DNA from: a virus
Length of the DNA: 59,383 nt
Virus record (IMG/VR): IMGVR_UViG_3300024232_000001
Location: 1-59,383 of that record
Direction: 5' to 3' (one strand)
The notes below the pieces were generated by a model. It ran no database searches, was not told the DNA's origin, and saw only the letters and a program-made list of their open reading frames with translations. This document shows, one piece after another, positions 34,468-43,275 of this stretch. Position 1 is the first letter of the stretch, and every line of letters begins with the position of its first letter. The position numbers and the translations under genes are program-made.

Positions 34468-35562
34468 TTAGTGCGATGCAGCGTAGCAGGAGGTAACGAT
34501 GGTGGCGAAGTCGGTAGAGTTGAACACCGCCTTCTTCAGCCCCCAGATCATCCCCGCGCTCACGCCAAGTTCGTTTTCGTAGTCGAACAACTCCTCAACC
34601 CAGGTGAACCGCTCAGGCCCGTTGTCGCGACCATAGGCACACATCGCAGCCTGCGCGCCGGCCAGCACCGCTCGCCGGACGTTGGCAACCTGCGAAGTCG
34701 AGGTGTTCGTGTCCACACCCGGCGTCACGCGAACATCCGAGTGCAGCACGGTGCCGTTGTAGACGCCGAGACTACCGTCAAAGATCGGGTTGTCGGCGAT
34801 CTCGCCGCCGGTCATCGCCGCCTTCTGGATGTCGAGGAACTGACCCGTGGTGGTCGAGGTCCGCATGTCGGTGACTTGGTACGGGTGCATGAAGTAGACC
34901 CAATACGGCTTGCCACCCACCATCACCGGGCGAATAGCCGGCGAAAGCGTCCGCGCCCGCTCAACCGCCTTGTCGATCAAGGTCAGCGTGAACGTCGAGG
35001 TCGTGGTGATCGAGGTATCGCCCGTCGAGCCGTCCGACCGCAGGATGTGGTTGCTGTCGGGAGCCGTCACGGCCTGCAACCCGGTGTAACGGCTATCCGC
35101 GCCACCGATGATCGCGCCATTCACACCTAACGTCGGGGAGAACGCGCAAATCTGGTTGAAGAAGCCGAGATCGATACGGTCAGTCCACCAATCGCGCAGG
35201 CCGCTAAGCGCCTCGTCCCGGATCGAGAACGGGATACGCTGCTGCGACATGCGGCCAGCCGAGCGAACCGCGTGGCGAAGCTGATTGATCACGATCGAAT
35301 CGCTGTAAGTCGTCAGCGACTCTTCGTTGCCCTCCAAGGTGCCGTCGCCGATGACGCCAGCCCCGGAAAGCTGCATGCGCAGACCGTAGGTGATCTTGTC
35401 GCCCGGCCCCTTGCTGGTCTCGTCCTTGACCTGGATCAAAGACGCCGAAGTCGCGCCCATGAACTTGCTGGCCCAGGTATTTTTGAGTACCTCAACTGCA
35501 AGTCGTTTCGACCACAACTTGACCGCGAGTGCGTCATTTGTGCCATAACTTGTGGTTGCCAT
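34468..35562 (-). CDS. major capsid protein (N4-gp56-like family)
   Basis: LAVKLWSKRLAVEVLKNTWASKFMG...GDKITYGLRMQLSGAGVIGDGTLEGNEE matches the family N-terminus as recalled; follows the scaffold gene. Confidence 0.85.
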   Translation of the reverse strand: MATTSYGTNDALAVKLWSKRLAVEVLKNTWASKFMGATSASLIQVKDETSKGPGDKITYGLRMQLSGAGVIGDGTLEGNEESLTTYSDSIVINQLRHAVRSAGRMSQQRIPFSIRDEALSGLRDWWTDRIDLGFFNQICAFSPTLGVNGAIIGGADSRYTGLQAVTAPDSNHILRSDGSTGDTSITTTSTFTLTLIDKAVERARTLSPAIRPVMVGGKPYWVYFMHPYQVTDMRTSTTTGQFLDIQKAAMTGGEIADNPIFDGSLGVYNGTVLHSDVRVTPGVDTNTSTSQVANVRRAVLAGAQAAMCAYGRDNGPERFTWVEELFDYENELGVSAGMIWGLKKAVFNSTDFATIVTSCYAASH

Positions 35563-35792
35563 CTGTATCTCCTAATTCGCCGTGGAGTTGCGCCGGTTTT
35601 GCCGGCGCTTAGTTCTCTCCACTATCGCTAGGAGCGGGCGTAACCGCAGTATCGTCTACGGTGACGGCAGCGAACTACGAGGCCGAATGGCGCTTCGGCA
35701 GGCGAAAGCCCAAAGTGGCTGGCTAAGCCGTATTCAACTAGCCCCGAGCTAGCCTTCCCTGCGCATTTACCACATCTATGATAAGCGCGCAA

Positions 35793-36764
35793 TCACGCGC
35801 CAAGCAAAGCGCGACCTTCCTCCGTCTCCATCATTTTGGAAAATTCGGAGTCGGGCATTTCGAGCAAACGTTGCGCGGTCATCGGCGCAGGACCGGAACC
35901 GCGCGCTCCACTGAGGCCGCGAGCCTGCTGCTGCCCGGCAGCGACCTGAGCCAAACGGTCGCCCGGAGTTTGCTGCTGCGTACCATTCCCGGCTCCATTG
36001 CCATTGGGAGTCGGCAGCGTGTAGCCACGGCCCTTCGCTACCTGATAGACAAGCGCGGCAGGATCACGTCCGTTCTGCATCGCCATCGCGGCCATGCCGA
36101 GCGCTTCCTGAGTAATCAGAGCCTGTCGCTGCACCGGATCGGTCCAGCCTTGCGCCTCAAGCTCGTTGTCCCGCTGCTTGCGCAGGAACGTCACGGCCTG
36201 ATCGTAATCGGGATTGTCTGCCCGGAACGCATGCTCGCGGACCATCGCGTGTTGCTGAAGCATCTGGATTTGCGCTGCCTGCTGCTGTTGCTGCTGGGTC
36301 AGTTGCCCCTGATTTTGCAGATTGGCGAGCTGCTGGCGAACCTGCTCGATCGAACCCGTGATGTGTCCAACCGGATCAGTATTCAGGTCGGGAATCTGCG
36401 GCGTCTGATCCTGTGCAGGCTGCTGCTGCGGGCCAAGACGCTGAAGGATGATGTTGGTGCGCTCTTCCAGCACTTGCCGAGCGCGGCGCTCTTCGGCAAC
36501 CGTCGCCTCAAGAGCCTTCCGGCGCTCGCGCTCTTCATGGAGCGCGCCAAGCGGAACCATACGGTTCGGCTTTTGCCCGGCAGGCGCATCAGGATCGTCT
36601 GCGGGAGCGTCATCGGCAGCAATCGTCGTATCTGCTTGCGGTGCTGGCGCAGGCGTATCATCAGGCGCGGCATCCTCCGCCCGCATCTGATCCATCAGAG
36701 CCTGATCTTCGGTAGACAGATCGCTCTGCACGCCGTCCGTCGCTGCCCGTGCCGTCCTAGCCAT
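35793..36764 (-). CDS. scaffolding protein (323 aa)
   Basis: Acidic/Q-rich helical protein between the portal and capsid genes. Confidence 0.6.
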   Translation of the reverse strand: MARTARAATDGVQSDLSTEDQALMDQMRAEDAAPDDTPAPAPQADTTIAADDAPADDPDAPAGQKPNRMVPLGALHEERERRKALEATVAEERRARQVLEERTNIILQRLGPQQQPAQDQTPQIPDLNTDPVGHITGSIEQVRQQLANLQNQGQLTQQQQQQAAQIQMLQQHAMVREHAFRADNPDYDQAVTFLRKQRDNELEAQGWTDPVQRQALITQEALGMAAMAMQNGRDPAALVYQVAKGRGYTLPTPNGNGAGNGTQQQTPGDRLAQVAAGQQQARGLSGARGSGPAPMTAQRLLEMPDSEFSKMMETEEGRALLGA

Positions 36765-36794
36765 AATATCCCCGTTCAGTCGTTACGAATTGCC

Positions 36795-38978
36795 CTAAGC
36801 CGCGGCCTGCTGAGGTTGGTTCTGCCCGTTCACGATCCTGTCAAGCATATCCAGCACGGCGAGCATGTCGTTCGTCTGCGTGCTGGCGTGATCGATGCCG
36901 ACGCGAGCCAGATTGGCAAGCGCCCCAGCCCGTAGCGACTCGATCTGCGCCCGTGCCTTCTCGCCATCGATCGCCTGACTATGGGCCTGCTGCTGAGCCT
37001 GCATCTGCGCGCGCTGCAACTCGGTCTGCATCGACTGCTGCTGCACCTGATTGTCGAAGTTCTGCGCCTGAATCTCCGCCGCGTGCTGCTGCGCGCTGTT
37101 CTGCGTCTGCGCGTCGAGATTGCGTGCCCGCGCCGCCTCCGACTGCGCTCGCGCCATATCGAGTTGCGCCCTGGCCTGCAATGCCGGATTGCCCTGACCG
37201 CCGGGCGGCTGCGACTGCATGATCTGGCTGATCGTCTCGGTCAACGTCGTCGGTAGCGGCGAGTATTTCAGGAACTCGACGTAAATCTGCGGCGGAATCT
37301 GGATGCGCGTTAGCATCGGCATCATCTGGACAAGAACCGCCCAGGTCTTCTCCTTCAGGTTCGGCGAAGTCGGCGTATCGTCAACCACCACGTCGTATTC
37401 GACCACGCCCGGCTGATGGAGCAGCGGGATGTACTGCGCCTGATCCTGCCCCTCGATCTTGATGAGGCGACCGTCGCTGAGGAAATTGACGATATACCAG
37501 AGCATCAAGCGGCCCTGCTCCTTGCGGTAGCGCCGCAGGGAGTCGAAAAGACCTGCCAGCACCGTCATGCCGGCCTGCTTGCGCATGTGCTCAAGGATGC
37601 CCGGCTGCTCCTTCTCCACCATGCCGAGAAGTTCAAGGTTGATGCCCGTGCAGTCCCGCAGCGACTGAATGGCGAACTGAAGTAGGTCCGGGAGCGTCTG
37701 CGGCACCTGATTCTGCGGGCGCGGCATGATCTTGCCGCCTGAAATCGCCCCCGGCTGCGCCCAGACGATGGCGCTCGGATCGGCCCAGTTGTCCTCCGCA
37801 TCATCCGCGTCCTCGAAAGCCGTGCGCTCGGCGATGATGCCGCCTTTTGCGCCGCTGTTGAGGATATGCAGCGATTGCGACAGCCACTTGTTCGCCCATT
37901 TCTGCGGGTCGATCATCGCCCGGACGATGCCGTACCACGTTCCCTTATTGCGGTCGCGATCTCCCGTGATGAATTTCCAGGTGAAGCCACCTTTGGCTGG
38001 CCCTTCCCACTGATCGAGCACCTTCTTGCCAAGAAGGGCACGCCAGTATTTGCGGGTACGCTGCGGCACGGCCTGCGGCGGCTGACGCCCCATCGCCTGA
38101 AGCCGCTCGATCAGCAGTCGGTACGTCGCATCGTTCAGCGAGGTCTCATCGCCCGTGAACGGATCAATCAGCCGCCATGTCTTCTCGTATTCCCACCACT
38201 GGACCTCGACGACGCGGAACAGAATGGCGGTCTTATCCACGCGCCCGGATTGATCGTTGCGGTAGAACGGAGCCTGCTGGGCATTGTGCGGGTCTGAGGT
38301 CAGCGAGGCCGTGTCTTCGGCCCATCCGGCATGCACCTCGTCCAATGCGATGCCGGGGAACATCTCCTCGACTTCACTGAGCGGCAAATCCTTGACCCGG
38401 AAGGCAAAGCGCGAGTCGCCGTAGTTCTTCCTGGTCGATTGCGGGTCAAGGTAGAACTCCAGCGGATCGGCACGGACGATGTTCAGTGCGCCATCCGGGT
38501 CTTCATCGTATTTGAGGATCGTGTCAGTTACGCCGACGCCGCAGACGGCGCAGTCGGCGAACGCCTGCGACTCCTCGTCCTCGGCGTCGCACTCGTCACG
38601 TATCCACTTCGCCGCGCCGGTCAGGACATCGTTGACCGCGGCATTCCCGAGCTGCCTCGGGATGAACCGCACTTCCTGGCGGTTCGCGACTTCCAGCCCG
38701 GTCACGATCTTGACCATCGGCTGCACGCGGTTGAACGTGATGATGGGGCGCAACTGCTCCCTCAGCGCCGCCGTGTCCTCCGCATTCCACTGCGTGCCCG
38801 CCACGAAGTCGAAACACTCGCGCGCCTCGATCCGCCATGTATGGCTGTGATCCCGAGCCTGACGATACCATTGCTGTAGGCGTTCAAATACGTCGTCAGC
38901 GGTGGCCGGCCCAGCCTGCCCAACGGGAGGAAGAATCCGATAATCGGTATCAGCCGGAAGTTGGTTGGCATCCGACAT
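36795..38978 (-). CDS. portal protein (727 aa) with Q-rich C-terminal helical extension
   Basis: [30 protein letters not shown] portal N-terminal motif; size; position. Confidence 0.85.
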   Translation of the reverse strand: MSDANQLPADTDYRILPPVGQAGPATADDVFERLQQWYRQARDHSHTWRIEARECFDFVAGTQWNAEDTAALREQLRPIITFNRVQPMVKIVTGLEVANRQEVRFIPRQLGNAAVNDVLTGAAKWIRDECDAEDEESQAFADCAVCGVGVTDTILKYDEDPDGALNIVRADPLEFYLDPQSTRKNYGDSRFAFRVKDLPLSEVEEMFPGIALDEVHAGWAEDTASLTSDPHNAQQAPFYRNDQSGRVDKTAILFRVVEVQWWEYEKTWRLIDPFTGDETSLNDATYRLLIERLQAMGRQPPQAVPQRTRKYWRALLGKKVLDQWEGPAKGGFTWKFITGDRDRNKGTWYGIVRAMIDPQKWANKWLSQSLHILNSGAKGGIIAERTAFEDADDAEDNWADPSAIVWAQPGAISGGKIMPRPQNQVPQTLPDLLQFAIQSLRDCTGINLELLGMVEKEQPGILEHMRKQAGMTVLAGLFDSLRRYRKEQGRLMLWYIVNFLSDGRLIKIEGQDQAQYIPLLHQPGVVEYDVVVDDTPTSPNLKEKTWAVLVQMMPMLTRIQIPPQIYVEFLKYSPLPTTLTETISQIMQSQPPGGQGNPALQARAQLDMARAQSEAARARNLDAQTQNSAQQHAAEIQAQNFDNQVQQQSMQTELQRAQMQAQQQAHSQAIDGEKARAQIESLRAGALANLARVGIDHASTQTNDMLAVLDMLDRIVNGQNQPQQAAA

Positions 38979-38979
38979 C

Positions 38980-39285
38980 TCAGGCTACGGCTTCCTCCAC
39001 TGCACGCTCGATCTGTAGGGCAAGCAGGCCATTTCCGCTCTGCCGCAGGATGCTCGCCGCATCGTTCGCCACGTCAGCCGGGATCAGCCAGCCTTCCCAA
39101 AGCAACCGCCCGTCGCCGCGGTCGCGGAATTTGTAGCAGGCGGCAAAATCATAGCCTGCGGCAGCGAACGCCTGACGCTTGCGGCCATCTTCGACGCGCT
39201 CCGCCGTCAAAGGAACGTCAAAACGATCCGATGTCGCCTCTAGCGTCTCGTCTGCGCCGACTTCGATGAACCCGATCTCAGCCAT
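38980..39285 (-). CDS. hypothetical protein (101 aa)
   Basis: ORF track; ATGGCTGA overlap with the upstream gene. Confidence 0.55.
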   Translation of the reverse strand: MAEIGFIEVGADETLEATSDRFDVPLTAERVEDGRKRQAFAAAGYDFAACYKFRDRGDGRLLWEGWLIPADVANDAASILRQSGNGLLALQIERAVEEAVA

Positions 39286-39628
39286 AGCGTTCCCACAAGC
39301 CTCGCGAGCCGGTTCCTAGAAGCGTTCTAGGTTCCATATTCGGCGGACAGCCCTCCAGCCACCAATCCTTCTTCGCCGCCTTATACTGTTCGGCGATCTG
39401 GTCGATCTCGTCAAGCAGGTGGGCATGCTCGAACGATGCAGGCAGGTCGAAACGGCTCTGCACGTTGCATCCGTTCCCCACAGTCGGAGAAACGATGGCT
39501 CCGACCTTGACCACCATGAACTTACGGCGTGGGTGAACCTGGATATCGTAAATCTTCACGCCCGGCTCTGCGTCAAGGCGCTTCAGGATGGCGTTTTTGA
39601 TCAGAGGCTCGTCGTCGTAGGTCAGCAT
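39278..39628 (-). CDS. hypothetical protein (116 aa)
   Basis: ORF track; TGATG junction. Confidence 0.55.
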   Translation of the reverse strand: MLTYDDEPLIKNAILKRLDAEPGVKIYDIQVHPRRKFMVVKVGAIVSPTVGNGCNVQSRFDLPASFEHAHLLDEIDQIAEQYKAAKKDWWLEGCPPNMEPRTLLGTGSRGLWERYG

Positions 39629-40092
39629 CAGGCACGCTTTTCAAGATCGATGATCGTAGGGATTCTGGCTGAACAAACTGGACCGTAAACACTGTTCCCA
39701 CCGCATTTGAGAGCCAATTCGATAGCTTCGACTGCACTTTTCCCAGCAGCCATCGCGCCCATGACAAATTCCCAATGCGAACCGATGGCCGCAAAGGGTT
39801 CAGTGATCGGATACCGCCGAAATTTCCAGTCCCAACGCCACACGCGGCACTGAGGGTCGAGTTCTAGCGCATCGAAATCCTCGTCCTTTTCTACCGGAGG
39901 CTTCTGCTCCTGATTGAAACCGGCATCCATCCATTCCTGGACGGCATTGATCGTGGCGTAATCGCCAGCAGCACCGATGATTGCGCCAGAGCGGAGATGC
40001 TGAAGCTTTTCCACCGGCTTGAAGCAGAAGCCGCCCCACCACGAGCCGGAATCGGCTGCAATCACTCCATCTTTGCAGGCAATGACCGTCAT
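39628..40092 (-). CDS. Ntn-hydrolase / HslV-proteasome-like protein (154 aa)
   Basis: Met-Thr start: MTVIACKDGVIAADSG...GAIIGAAGD; in-frame ATG 40092 at a TGATG junction. Confidence 0.5.
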   Translation of the reverse strand: MTVIACKDGVIAADSGSWWGGFCFKPVEKLQHLRSGAIIGAAGDYATINAVQEWMDAGFNQEQKPPVEKDEDFDALELDPQCRVWRWDWKFRRYPITEPFAAIGSHWEFVMGAMAAGKSAVEAIELALKCGGNSVYGPVCSARIPTIIDLEKRA

Positions 40093-40304
40093 CAGGTGCC
40101 GAAGCCTCGTTCTTCCAGAGGAATTTCCGCGCTCATGCCCTCGGCATATGCCGCTTTCATCAGCAAGGGAATCTTGTTGAAGATCGTCGCGTTGCCCTCC
40201 AGCCCTTCGATATGCCCACTGGCATAAATGACGATCTCCTTGCCGTTCGGCTTGTTGTCGTCGCCGTACCATGTGATGCGGAAAGCTTCGCGCGTGTAGT
40301 CCAT
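40092..40304 (-). CDS. hypothetical protein (70 aa)
   Basis: ORF track; TGATG junctions at both ends. Confidence 0.5.
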   Translation of the reverse strand: MDYTREAFRITWYGDDNKPNGKEIVIYASGHIEGLEGNATIFNKIPLLMKAAYAEGMSAEIPLEERGFGT

Positions 40305-40588
40305 CAGAGCATCTGCCCCCGCGAACCGCGCTGCTGGCGCCGCTGGCGAGGAACGCGCGTCGGCTGAGTGACCGGAAAGGGCTGAAGCGGCTGATCCGGC
40401 ACCTTGGGAGGAGGCGTAGGCTCAACAGGAACCGCTGCCTGATATGCCTCGATCACCTTATCCATCAGATCGTCAAATGAAACTGCGTTGAACCGCTGCG
40501 ACTTGAAGCGCCAGCCGTGGCCGGCCTCCATCTCGACCGTCCAGCGTTCTGCGCCAGTCTGCTCGATTTCGATGCGGCAAAGGCCCAT
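40304..40588 (-). CDS. hypothetical protein (94 aa)
   Basis: ORF track; TGATG junctions. Confidence 0.5.
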   Translation of the reverse strand: MGLCRIEIEQTGAERWTVEMEAGHGWRFKSQRFNAVSFDDLMDKVIEAYQAAVPVEPTPPPKVPDQPLQPFPVTQPTRVPRQRRQQRGSRGQML

Positions 40589-41001
40589 CAGCCGTTTCCT
40601 CGCGACGCATCTCGGATGGCACGCATTACCCGTTCGTTCTCGGCATCGGAAATCATGCGCTTGCCATCCTCATCGATGTTCCCCGGCATCGGTGGTCCAT
40701 AAGACCACTCCTCGCGCTTGAAAACCAAATCGGGGAAGCGGTCGCGCTGGTCGAGATCGGCACATATCGCCGGCTCGACCTCAATGCGAACCCACTCTCC
40801 ATCGATCTCGACGGTACATCCATCATATAAGCCGCGAATACGCGCCTCATGGTCGCTGAAGACGACACGTCCGGTGCGGCGGTATTCTTCGTCGATGCGG
40901 CGCTTGAAAACATCGGCATTGATCTGCTCAATGAGTTTGGCCTGACTCTCCGTCACAATTGGCGTACAGGTTTCCCCGCCAAACGGTGCTGCCGAAACCA
41001 T
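40588..41001 (-). CDS. hypothetical protein (137 aa)
   Basis: In-frame ATG 41001, 2 nt after the upstream stop. Confidence 0.5.
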   Translation of the reverse strand: MVSAAPFGGETCTPIVTESQAKLIEQINADVFKRRIDEEYRRTGRVVFSDHEARIRGLYDGCTVEIDGEWVRIEVEPAICADLDQRDRFPDLVFKREEWSYGPPMPGNIDEDGKRMISDAENERVMRAIRDASRGNG

Positions 41002-41002
41002 C

Positions 41003-41215
41003 CTACTTCCCCGTCCAAGAACGCGACTTGCCGGTGCGCTGCTTCGAGTTGTTGCCGGCGCGGTGGACGACGGAACGGCGCAGCAGCTTCGTGCCCGTAT
41101 CCGCCTTGTTGAAGTCGATGGCCACTGTGACGGGGATACCCACCTTCTTCGCAAAGGCGGGATTATGAGCCGCCGCAGCCATGGTCCTTGCCTGCTTCAT
41201 CGTCGAACTCGGCAT
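41003..41215 (-). CDS. hypothetical basic protein (70 aa)
   Basis: ATG 41215 at a TGATG junction. Confidence 0.5.
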   Translation of the reverse strand: MPSSTMKQARTMAAAAHNPAFAKKVGIPVTVAIDFNKADTGTKLLRRSVVHRAGNNSKQRTGKSRSWTGK

Positions 41216-41409
41216 CACGAAACTCCCAAAGCAGCCAGCGCCGCCACGATATCCGTCTTCTGCGCGTTCAGCCCATCGATCACGCCTTGCAGCCGCGACG
41301 CCTGCGCGCTCGCTGAGTCCAGCATCTCCTGATTGTTCGCGATCTCGCTGTTCAGGTCAGCAAGCGCGCCTTGAAGGACGGAGACGGACTGGGTGAAGGA
41401 TGCTGCCAT
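41215..41409 (-). CDS. hypothetical coiled-coil protein (64 aa)
   Basis: ORF track; TGATG junctions. Confidence 0.5.
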   Translation of the reverse strand: MAASFTQSVSVLQGALADLNSEIANNQEMLDSASAQASRLQGVIDGLNAQKTDIVAALAALGVS

Positions 41410-41645
41410 CAGAGAATGCCACGGCGACGGAACATTGCTGCGTCATGCTCCAGTTGCGCGCTCTTATCCCGATAGCTGAATTTCTCCAATCGCTGCCGAG
41501 TCCAATGCTCGATCTGAGAATATGTAAGCCACCACGCCCAAGCCGCCCGCATGTCCACGCTGTCCTGCTGATCCCGGTTGAGACCAGCCAAGCCGCGCCG
41601 CAACGTCCACGGCGCATTCAGGACGCGGGAGATTTCAGGCGTCAT
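41409..41645 (-). CDS. hypothetical protein (78 aa)
   Basis: ORF track; TGATG junctions. Confidence 0.5.
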   Translation of the reverse strand: MTPEISRVLNAPWTLRRGLAGLNRDQQDSVDMRAAWAWWLTYSQIEHWTRQRLEKFSYRDKSAQLEHDAAMFRRRGIL

Positions 41646-41950
41646 CAGCAGCCCTTGAACTCTGCAGTGCCGCCGGACACGACGGTCACGGCATCCGCAG
41701 CACTACTCGTCCCGCCAGAGGACGAGACCGCCGACGAACCAGAGGTCACGACCGGAGGCGGTACGGGACGCGGAATCGCGGGCGCGACCGGCGCGACCAC
41801 ATACGGCTTCCCGGCCTTGTGCGCCGTCAACTCAGCCTTCAGTGCCGTCGCCTTGGCCGTGTCCTTCTTCTCTTCAGCCGCAGCGATGGCGGCCTTCAGG
41901 GCCGCGTGCTTGATCTGCCGCTCTTCGCGGGGGAGAATGATCGCTGGCAT
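41645..41950 (-). CDS. hypothetical protein (101 aa), A/P/S-rich
   Basis: In-frame ATG 41950 at a TGATG junction. Confidence 0.5.
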   Translation of the reverse strand: MPAIILPREERQIKHAALKAAIAAAEEKKDTAKATALKAELTAHKAGKPYVVAPVAPAIPRPVPPPVVTSGSSAVSSSGGTSSAADAVTVVSGGTAEFKGC

Positions 41951-42264
41951 CACTTCTGTCCTTTCGATAAGTCCACAATCATCGCCTTCGAGTCCCAGCC
42001 AAATGTCGCTTTGGGAGGGCGGGGCGGTGGAAGAGGAGGAGGAGGAGGCGGGGGCGAGAGGGAGAACGAACTTGGGCTTATGATCCCTAGAACGATAATC
42101 CAGACGATTACCGCGCACAGCAGCCCGATCATTCCCCACATGAAGATCGTGAACCAGATGGGTATCTCGCAACCGCCTTGCTCAGCGCAAGCATCGGCAA
42201 TCGCAGCCAGTCCGGCACCGATATTGCCGCTGTTTCCCATCGTGTAGCCGAGAAGGAAGCCCAA
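41950..42264 (-). CDS. membrane protein with poly-proline tract (104 aa)
   Basis: IPIWFTIFMWGMIGLLCAVIVWIIVLGII then SPPPPPPPLPPPRPP. Confidence 0.5.
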   Translation of the reverse strand: MGFLLGYTMGNSGNIGAGLAAIADACAEQGGCEIPIWFTIFMWGMIGLLCAVIVWIIVLGIISPSSFSLSPPPPPPPLPPPRPPKATFGWDSKAMIVDLSKGQK

Positions 42265-42265
42265 G

Positions 42266-42436
42266 CTATTTGTTCCTCAGCTTGTTGAGAATCGCGCCCG
42301 CCACGCGCTTGCCCGCAGCGGCTGAACCGTACTTGCGTCCCGCTGACTTCGCGATCGAGGCGAACTGCTTGCCGGGTTTGCCGAGGTCTTTCCCGGCAGC
42401 GCCGGCCTTCGCCGAGTACGTCCTAGTCCGCGCCAT
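42266..42436 (-). CDS. small basic protein (56 aa)
   Basis: In-frame ATG 42436. Confidence 0.45.
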   Translation of the reverse strand: MARTRTYSAKAGAAGKDLGKPGKQFASIAKSAGRKYGSAAAGKRVAGAILNKLRNK

Positions 42437-42602
42437 CGCCCGTTTCCTTCTGTTCATCAGCAAGGAATGCGTAGAAGTCGTTCGCATACTTGAGCGCCGC
42501 TCCTCCGCTGCCGTTTGACGCTTTGACCGCAAGATCAAGCGCCGAGAGCCGCATCATTCGCTCTTGCTCCGTCATTTCAGCTAATCTATTCGGCGCGGCC
42601 AT
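42423..42602 (-). CDS. hypothetical protein (59 aa)
   Basis: In-frame ATG 42602 at a TGATG junction. Confidence 0.45.
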   Translation of the reverse strand: MAAPNRLAEMTEQERMMRLSALDLAVKASNGSGGAALKYANDFYAFLADEQKETGDGAD

Positions 42603-42877
42603 CAGCCACTCCTCGCAATGTCTCGGGTTGCGGAAAGATAATCGGGTTCTGAGCGCGGCGGGATGCGATTGAAGACATGCGCCGGGCGGTCGCCCTTGCC
42701 GGCGACCCAGATTCCTTCCGGCCATTGCGTGCCATCGAAGAACCGCTCAGCCTCTTCGCGCTCTGCTTCCCATGCCTTATTGGCGGCAATCGCGCGCTCG
42801 TTATAGCCGCGGAACAGTTCGGCCAACTTCTCCTCGGTCAGCCGAGTCCCCGTAGGAATCTTTCCGATCTCGATCAT
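42602..42877 (-). CDS. portal N-terminus-like fragment (91 aa)
   Basis: WEAEREEAERFFDGTQWPEG...DRPAHVFNRIPP parallels the portal [20 protein letters not shown]...[12 protein letters not shown]; ATG after GAGGCGAAGGC. Confidence 0.5.
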   Translation of the reverse strand: MIEIGKIPTGTRLTEEKLAELFRGYNERAIAANKAWEAEREEAERFFDGTQWPEGIWVAGKGDRPAHVFNRIPPRSEPDYLSATRDIARSG

Positions 42878-42920
42878 GCCTTCGCCTCGAACAGCGTCCC
42901 ACCGTACCCGCACGGTCCAG

Positions 42921-43076
42921 TCAGCCGCGCCTCCTGACGTTAGGGTAGCGCACATCGGCGCTTCCCGCCAAGAAGTTCGGGACATCTTCCGCGCTGCGTA
43001 CATGATGGCACTCGCCCAGATACGAGGTCAGCAGGTTGCACCACTTGCAGTCCTGGCACGCGACGATCTCAGCCAT
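42921..43076 (-). CDS. Cys-rich peptide (51 aa)
   Basis: Hand-translated MAEIVACQDCKWCNLLTSYLGECHH...; ATGGCTGA overlap with the upstream gene. Confidence 0.4.
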   Translation of the reverse strand: MAEIVACQDCKWCNLLTSYLGECHHVRSAEDVPNFLAGSADVRYPNVRRRG

Positions 43077-43275
43077 CACGCCTCGGACTCAGTAGCGGGT
43101 TCTTTTTTCGCCGTTGGTCGGATGTGATCTTATCCTCATGGATTACAAAACCACGCAGCATCACTACACGTCCAAACCCTCCCGGAAGCTCCGCGCCATG
43201 CGGCAGACCAGTGATCGGATCGCGCCAGTTGCGCTCGATCTCCCGCCAGTCCTCTTCCGTCATGCGGCCAGCCAC
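43069..43275 (-). CDS. hypothetical protein (68 aa)
   Basis: ORF track; overlaps the terL 3' end by 16 nt. Confidence 0.5.
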   Translation of the reverse strand: MAGRMTEEDWREIERNWRDPITGLPHGAELPGGFGRVVMLRGFVIHEDKITSDQRRKKNPLLSPRRDG

